IMG/VR virus record: IMGVR_UViG_3300025862_000015
Span: 1 to 29,856 of that record
Reading direction: 5' to 3' (one strand)
Length of the DNA: 29,856 bases
Origin: a virus
Taxonomy: Duplodnaviria > Caudoviricetes
Shown piece after piece: positions 24,443-29,856 of the stretch (the stretch's first letter is position 1; each line of letters opens with the position of its first letter). The notes beneath the pieces were generated by a model. That model worked only from the letters and a program-made list of their open reading frames with translations. It was not told where the DNA came from and ran no database searches. Position numbers and translations under genes: made by a program.

Positions 24443-24760
24443 ATGTCTCGCCCACTTCCAAGCGTCCCCGCCCTCCTTGCGTACGCGGTCGAACGCTTCA
24501 ATGAAACCTGCGTGAACGACGGTCCCGACGCGCTCCTCGCTGACGTTCCGCGAGCGTCATTTGCTCAGTCGACTGCTGCGCCTTGGGGCGGGGACCCGAC
24601 CAACGGCATCACGTTCCACCTTCACGACAGCCAAGAGCGCCCACTGACGGAGGGCCGAGTCGGACTCGATTCAGCGTACCGACGTCACCTGCGATGGTGG
24701 CCGATGCCTGGGTCCATAGCCTACCTACTGGACCAGGAGCGCAAGGCAGGCCTGAACTGA
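24443..24760 (+). CDS. Hypothetical protein
   Basis: Start revised to the ATG 7 nt after motif 1. 105 aa. Confidence 0.6.
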   Translation: MSRPLPSVPALLAYAVERFNETCVNDGPDALLADVPRASFAQSTAAPWGGDPTNGITFHLHDSQERPLTEGRVGLDSAYRRHLRWWPMPGSIAYLLDQERKAGLN

Positions 24761-24838
24761 CGCATCGCGTCCTACTTATTTCGTAACGCCGTTACGAATT
24801 GAGTGGAACGGCCCGTTCCTTTTTGGGAGAGTAGATCT

Positions 24839-27328
24839 ATGGCCATCGCATTTGTCCCCGAGGAGAAAAAACCCAAAAGACCCCGGCCAAAGCTGAAGCT
24901 GGTTCCGGAACATGGTGTCACGAAAGTGGCACGGCCATACCAGGAGCGCCTCATCCAGACCGTCCTCACCGCCTTCGGGGACCGCGTGAAGGAATTCCTG
25001 CTGGCAGCCTGCCCGAACGCCGGCAAGACCTTCATGTCGCTGGAGATCGCCGAGAGCATGGTCGTTCTAGGCAACCTCAACCGCGTCCTAGTTCTCGCCC
25101 ACGGCACCACGGTGCTCCGTGACCAGTACCGCGCCCGGCTTGCGGAGGAGCGCCCGCACTTCAAAGCCATCGACGTCTTCATCCCGCAGGAGCTGCACCG
25201 GAAGAAACTGCGCCAGTACGATCTCGTGATCGTAGATGAGGCGCACCAGTTCTACGGCGAGGACTGCAAGATGAACGTGGAGATCTTGAAGAAGGTGCGA
25301 CCGAAGCACGTCCTCCTGCTCACAGGCTCGCCGTCCAAGTTCATTGCCGACGGTTTCGAGACCGGCAAGAACATGACCTGCTTCTCCTTGCAGCAACTCC
25401 AATCGCAGGAGCCCAGCGCCGTCGCCGACGTCATGATCGAGTGTGCGTCCTCCGCCTACGGGATCCGCGAGACCGACTACACCGACCGCAAGGAGGTCCG
25501 GGCAGACTTTCAGTACACGGCGCCGGCCACCAACGCCACCCTGGACCAGGTCCTGAAGACGCTGACGGCTCGGCTCAAACTCTCGGGCCACAAGCTCGAC
25601 GGAACCTTGAACCGGCTCCGTTTCAAGTCGGTGAAAGCAGGCTGGAACACGGTCCTGGGCCGGATGCGGAAGACCATCATTGCGACTCCCAGCATCGACG
25701 TCGCAAACCAGACCTCAAGCTACTTCACGAAGAACGGCGTCAAGTGCGTGGTCTCCCACTCCAGGGACGGCGGCGAGAGCGACACCATTGAGACCTTCAA
25801 GAAGGACGAGTCCGTGCGCCTGCTCATCGTCGTGAACCGGGCCCAGCTCGGGTTCGACTTCAGTGAGCTGTTCAACTTCGTCGACATGACCGGATCGCGC
25901 AACCCCGACCGCATCTTCCAGATGTTCTGCCGCGTGGTACGGTCCTCGAAGGCCGAGCCTTCCCACAACAAGCTCTTCGTGAAGGTGCTGTCGCGGGCGT
26001 TCTCCGAGATCCACGTCCGCGCTTTCATGTCGGGAGTGCTCTCGCTCAGCGCCCAGGAGAACTTTGAGAAGTGGAACGGGAAAGGATTCAGCCTGCTCGA
26101 CATCCCCGTGGAGAAGGATGACCGCAAGCGCAGCGGCAAGCACAAGGACCGGGACGGAGAGGACGAGGGCCCCGAGAAGCAGATCGTGCCGACGCTGGAG
26201 CCGGGCATGCTGGTCTGGGGCGACTACTTCCGAGCCCTGGAGCACAATCCCGATGATCCCTTGGCCGTGTACGCGTACGCGCGGCTGGGCGAGGTGGTTG
26301 GGGTAAAGGTAGAGGATCCTGCGGGCAACAAGGCGAAGATCGTCGATTTCTTCAAAAATACTGGGCAATGTCCTAGCCATGGATCCAAGGATCCCGAGGA
26401 GCTGCGGCTTGCTCGGTGCCTATCAAACTACGTGTACAGAGGGAGTATGTTTGACCCCGAGTTTGAGGCAGAAATACGCGCGCTCGGGTGGTTGTCGCAG
26501 TCGGAGAAGGCAGACGGCAACAAGGCGAAGGTCATTGGGTGGCTCAAGGCCAACCCAGGAAGGGCCCCATCGCGAAGCGCCAAAGACCCTGAGGAGCGCC
26601 GGATTGGATTGTGTTTAAAATTCTACACGAAGAAGGGTCGCACATACGACGCCTCGTTCGTGACCGAGGCTCGCGCCCTGGGTTGGTTGCCGCAGGCGGA
26701 GAAGACAGCCTTCGACGCCAAGTTTTGCCTAGAGTGGCCAAGCGCGCACGACGGGTACAGCCCCTCATCGAAGTCGAGGGGCGCGACCCTCTACCACGGC
26801 AGGACCGAAGCCCAGTGGGGGGGGATGGTCGGGCGTCTAAAACATAAAAATCGGGCCTTCAAGCGCCAGTGGGACTCTCTAAATGTCAAGGACAGTAACT
26901 CCAAGCCCTCCAAAATCGCCTCCGCCAAGTTACACACCAGCAAGGCTGTCGTAGACGTCTGTTGCGGAACCATCTATCCGTCAGCTCGCGATGCAGCTAG
27001 GCTTCTTGATCTGGATTTTACCAGCATCTCGCAATGCTGCACTGGCCGGTCCAAGACGACAGGTGGTCATACCTTCCGTTTTGTTGCCCCCCGAGCGCGT
27101 CGCGGAGGTGGTGGACCCTCGCGGGCGCAGATCGACGCCAGGAGCCTCCGCAACAGCAAGGCCGTCCTCCATCTTTGCTGCGGAGGAGACATCTACTCCT
27201 CGGCGGTCGAGGCCTCGCGAGCCTTAAGCGTGGGCAAAAGCAATGTCACTCGATGTTGCACGGGGGCGCGAAAATCGGCCGCTGGCCACACCTTCCGCTA
27301 CGCCACGCCGGAGGAATGCGCAAAATGA
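24839..27328 (+). CDS. SF2 (DEAH) helicase fused to helical repeats and two NUMOD1-like DNA-binding repeats
   Basis: CPNAGKT, VIVDEAH, LLTGS, GFDF, QMFCRVVR. Repeats NKAK...PS...KDPEE.R...RALGWL. Two copies of SKAV...CCG..Y.SA..A.R.L.......CC.G..K...GHTFR. Confidence 0.85.
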   Translation: MAIAFVPEEKKPKRPRPKLKLVPEHGVTKVARPYQERLIQTVLTAFGDRVKEFLLAACPNAGKTFMSLEIAESMVVLGNLNRVLVLAHGTTVLRDQYRARLAEERPHFKAIDVFIPQELHRKKLRQYDLVIVDEAHQFYGEDCKMNVEILKKVRPKHVLLLTGSPSKFIADGFETGKNMTCFSLQQLQSQEPSAVADVMIECASSAYGIRETDYTDRKEVRADFQYTAPATNATLDQVLKTLTARLKLSGHKLDGTLNRLRFKSVKAGWNTVLGRMRKTIIATPSIDVANQTSSYFTKNGVKCVVSHSRDGGESDTIETFKKDESVRLLIVVNRAQLGFDFSELFNFVDMTGSRNPDRIFQMFCRVVRSSKAEPSHNKLFVKVLSRAFSEIHVRAFMSGVLSLSAQENFEKWNGKGFSLLDIPVEKDDRKRSGKHKDRDGEDEGPEKQIVPTLEPGMLVWGDYFRALEHNPDDPLAVYAYARLGEVVGVKVEDPAGNKAKIVDFFKNTGQCPSHGSKDPEELRLARCLSNYVYRGSMFDPEFEAEIRALGWLSQSEKADGNKAKVIGWLKANPGRAPSRSAKDPEERRIGLCLKFYTKKGRTYDASFVTEARALGWLPQAEKTAFDAKFCLEWPSAHDGYSPSSKSRGATLYHGRTEAQWGGMVGRLKHKNRAFKRQWDSLNVKDSNSKPSKIASAKLHTSKAVVDVCCGTIYPSARDAARLLDLDFTSISQCCTGRSKTTGGHTFRFVAPRARRGGGGPSRAQIDARSLRNSKAVLHLCCGGDIYSSAVEASRALSVGKSNVTRCCTGARKSAAGHTFRYATPEECAK

Positions 27329-27579
27329 GCCTCTCGGTTGCTCGCGATGTAGTCAGCATTATTCGCGACATTTTGGCAATAATCGGGATCCTGGCGCTCT
27401 GCTGGGCCAAAGTCCCTACACCTCCAAGGGCCGCTGAATGGGAACGATGGAAACATCAATTCATTAAGGCGCATCATGACGATGGCAGTTTGCTATACGT
27501 CATCCATCGCATGTGGTGGAGAGTTCGCAAACTGAAGGAAAGATGGATGGCCCTCGATCGGGATTACCTAAAACCATAG
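27325..27579 (+). CDS. Small membrane protein
   Basis: ATGA overlap with the helicase stop. ILAIIGILALCW TM segment. Lower GC than surroundings. Confidence 0.55.
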   Translation: MSLSVARDVVSIIRDILAIIGILALCWAKVPTPPRAAEWERWKHQFIKAHHDDGSLLYVIHRMWWRVRKLKERWMALDRDYLKP

Positions 27580-27656
27580 ACACGCCGCCGCTTTGTGAAC
27601 CTGGGCGATCGGAGCTAGTTTTGGGCGGACCTGACGAATGTCAGGAAGGCCGCCCC

Positions 27657-27691
27657 AAAAAGAAAGGGCCCCGTCGTTTCCGACGGAGCCC
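27657..27691 (-). terminator. Rho-independent terminator after the tail tube gene
   Basis: Minus strand: GGGCTCCGTCG-GAAA-CGACGGGGCCC followed by TTTCTTTTT. Confidence 0.85.
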
Positions 27692-27716
27692 ACCCGAAAC
27701 TAACTGTCCCCGCTGA

Positions 27717-28205
27717 TTAGGGCAGATCGGCGGCGCCGGGGCCTTCCGCGTTGTCGACCGACTCGTCGCCGACCGTCATCGCCATGAACGTCTGCGACAG
27801 CTCCTGCTGGTTGCGCGCGTTGATGGTGGTCGAGTAGCCAGTCGGGACCACGCCCTGGAACTTCGCGACCTGCGAGGGCAAGCTCTGGTTCTCGCGTTGG
27901 CGATCGATGATCGTCATTTCGAGGTACTCGAAGTCGATGAGGTCCTGGAGCCGGGGCAGGCCGCCGTCGATGTGGGGGCCGTGGTCGAGGACGCGGTACC
28001 CAGATGCAGAGATGTTGACGACGTTCTGGGCCGTGTACGTGATCGCGGCCGGCGAGTAGCGGCCCAAGATGTGCGCCTCCTCGGCTGAGTAGCTCAGGCC
28101 ATACGATACGTTGTTGTAGATGCCTACAATGCGTACCTTGCCGGTGTTGGGGTCAAAAATTCCAAGGAGCGCGCGAGCCCCCGTAACAATTGGGGAAGTG
28201 GACAT
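27717..28205 (-). CDS. Tail tube protein
   Basis: 162 aa, beta-rich, downstream of the sheath. TGARA...LG...P..I.Y pattern. Strong RBS and its own terminator. Confidence 0.75.
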   Translation of the reverse strand: MSTSPIVTGARALLGIFDPNTGKVRIVGIYNNVSYGLSYSAEEAHILGRYSPAAITYTAQNVVNISASGYRVLDHGPHIDGGLPRLQDLIDFEYLEMTIIDRQRENQSLPSQVAKFQGVVPTGYSTTINARNQQELSQTFMAMTVGDESVDNAEGPGAADLP

Positions 28206-28236
28206 TTAGTTTGTTTTCCTCTTAGGAGTTGCTAGG

Positions 28237-28243
28237 ATGATTG
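28237..28243 (-). promoter_or_regulatory. Motif 2 CAATCAT
   Basis: Upstream of the tail tube gene. Confidence 0.5.
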
Positions 28244-28262
28244 TGTGCGGCGTGAAGGAGCT

Positions 28263-28964
28263 TCATGCCCAAGCGAAGTGTTGACCGCGGTGAGCGGGGC
28301 GCCTGCCGTTGGCCACTGCGTAAACCGGTGATCGATCGGTACCGAGGCCGAGGGCGGTCATGCAGTCCACCGCGGTCGGATAGGTGATTCCGGTGTCCAG
28401 GTGAACAATCGGGCGGCTGGGCCGCCCATCTCTTTCGAATCTGGCTTGAGCGGCCTGACGGCGCCTCTCGGTCGTTTCAGCGGAGTCGACGCGGCCCTTA
28501 TGAAGATTGGAAATGAAAGCCGCAAACTCTGGGTGCTCGGCATGTCTACGCTTCTGGGCGTCTGACTGTTTCTGACGAGTCTCCAGGGAGGCGACCTTCC
28601 CCAGCTTCGAAAGAGCCGACTTTCGTCTTTCCTCATCGGAACGAGGCCCGAAACGACCCTTGCCGCCCTTGTCGCCGTTGACCAAATCTGCGCCAGCAGC
28701 AAGGAGCGAGGCGATCCAGAATTCCTCGTTGTGGAACATCTCCTCTGCCGAGGACGACTCCTCTAGGGGCTCGATGATCGGGGCGAGGCCGCACTTCTGC
28801 AGCCCGCGAATCCAATTGGTGCGATGGTTGCGCTTGCCAAGCTCGGCGGGTACGCAATGCCGTGCCAGCCTGTCCTTCAGTGGGTAGGAGGTGGCACCCA
28901 CGTACCGAGCGTTCCCGGTACGTGGGTCGGATAGCGTGTAGGTCCAAAATGCGCGATTACGCAC
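28263..28964 (-). CDS. GIY-YIG homing endonuclease with NUMOD3-like repeats
   Basis: WTYTLSDPRTGNARYVG, RLARH, EEFWIA, LVN, and S.ETRQK.S repeats. Confidence 0.85.
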   Translation of the reverse strand: MRNRAFWTYTLSDPRTGNARYVGATSYPLKDRLARHCVPAELGKRNHRTNWIRGLQKCGLAPIIEPLEESSSAEEMFHNEEFWIASLLAAGADLVNGDKGGKGRFGPRSDEERRKSALSKLGKVASLETRQKQSDAQKRRHAEHPEFAAFISNLHKGRVDSAETTERRRQAAQARFERDGRPSRPIVHLDTGITYPTAVDCMTALGLGTDRSPVYAVANGRRPAHRGQHFAWA

Positions 28965-29856
28965 TCTGTTCCACCTGGGACACAGTGAAATTTATGACCA
29001 CAAAATAAATGGACGTCGTGAGCTTGACGGCCATCTTGATTGCCATGAGGGGGCCGTTGATCTTCACTGACACGTTCTTGTAGCCCTTGGGCGCATCGTC
29101 GCTGGGGGCGATGAGCTTGTTGCGCATCAGGTCCGCCATGATCGAGGAGATCGTGGTGGAGGCCAGCGACGCAGTTACGTCGGCGAGCGACTTGCCGACG
29201 AACGCCTTCTGCGTACGCTGAGCGAGGGTCAGCGTGACGAGATCCGCCGCGTACATCGCCTGGATGCTGTTGAAGACGAAGTTGTCGTCGGCGGTGTACG
29301 TGGTCTGGTCCGAGGAGAACGTGTACAGACCCGTCTCGTCCCGAACGATCGGGAGCAAGCCGGCCTGGAGGGCCTCGTCGACCTGATCCGGGTCCTGGTC
29401 CTTGAAGTCACCGGCAGCCTGAACGGCTCCGCTGATCTGGATCCCCTTAGCGAAGATCGACTGGTAGAAGGCGCCCGCCTGCATCGCAGCCGCCTTGACG
29501 GCCGCCATCCAGGGCTGGTACTGCTCGACTCCGATCGAGCCGTCAGCGTCCATCACGTCCTCGAAGGTGCAGGAGCAGCGCGAGGAAGCGAGGTTGGCCG
29601 AGGTGGCCTGGGCGTTGGCGAACGTGTCGCGGATCGAGAGGAAGGCTTGGCGGTGCCGCTTGGCCTTCATGGTCGACATCTGCAACACGTGTGCGCGCAC
29701 GTAGGAGTTGATCCCGGCGATGGTGTAGGACGAGCTGGTGTCGGTCAGACCATCAGCGATGTCCGCGGTCGCATCTCGCGAGAACAGCGGGATCACGAAG
29801 TTGGCGCGAACGAGCCGCATCGCGGACGTCGCCAACTGGATGTCGGCGTCCGTGGT
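28957..29856 (-). CDS. Tail sheath protein, C-terminal part
   Basis: AGLLPI...SDQTT...FVGK...KLI...YKNVSV...IYFVVINF sheath C-terminal pattern. The frame runs off the window. Confidence 0.8.
   Translation of the reverse strand, partial: TTDADIQLATSAMRLVRANFVIPLFSRDATADIADGLTDTSSSYTIAGINSYVRAHVLQMSTMKAKRHRQAFLSIRDTFANAQATSANLASSRCSCTFEDVMDADGSIGVEQYQPWMAAVKAAAMQAGAFYQSIFAKGIQISGAVQAAGDFKDQDPDQVDEALQAGLLPIVRDETGLYTFSSDQTTYTADDNFVFNSIQAMYAADLVTLTLAQRTQKAFVGKSLADVTASLASTTISSIMADLMRNKLIAPSDDAPKGYKNVSVKINGPLMAIKMAVKLTTSIYFVVINFTVSQVEQSA

Noticed and set aside
28263-28964. Group I intron around the GIY-YIG gene
   Set aside because: The sheath ends normally and overlaps the endonuclease start, leaving no room for a ribozyme core.
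1-29856. Alternative genetic code or host assignment
   Set aside because: Genes read cleanly in code 11 with all three stop codons, and nothing in the window identifies the host.

Overview
This window is part of a GC-rich, large contractile-tailed (myovirus-like) phage genome. A minus-strand tail module (sheath, tube, probable chaperones, tape measure, baseplate hub, spike) is interleaved with accessory genes. These include two DNA methyltransferases (one with an intein), an intein-containing BCS1-like AAA ATPase, RNase HI, an SF2 helicase fusion, a lipoprotein ClpP-like protease, orphan HicB-like and MqsA-like antitoxin domains, and five free-standing endonuclease genes. RNA genes missing from the ORF track are a tmRNA with an unusually long tag, tRNA-Ala(UGC), tRNA-Leu(CAA) and a 117-nt tRNA-like RNA with a very long variable arm. 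The clearest hidden structure is regulatory. An 11-bp motif, GTTCGCTATAG, occurs 16 times (one copy is a variant), and in 10 cases it lies exactly 7 nt before an ATG, which suggests a phage promoter making leaderless mRNAs. A second motif, CAATCAT, precedes structural, membrane and RNA genes. A two-repeat CRISPR-like mini-array starts at a predicted transcription start and replaces the N-terminus of an HNH-AP2 gene. All calls come from reading the sequence by eye; no database searches were run.
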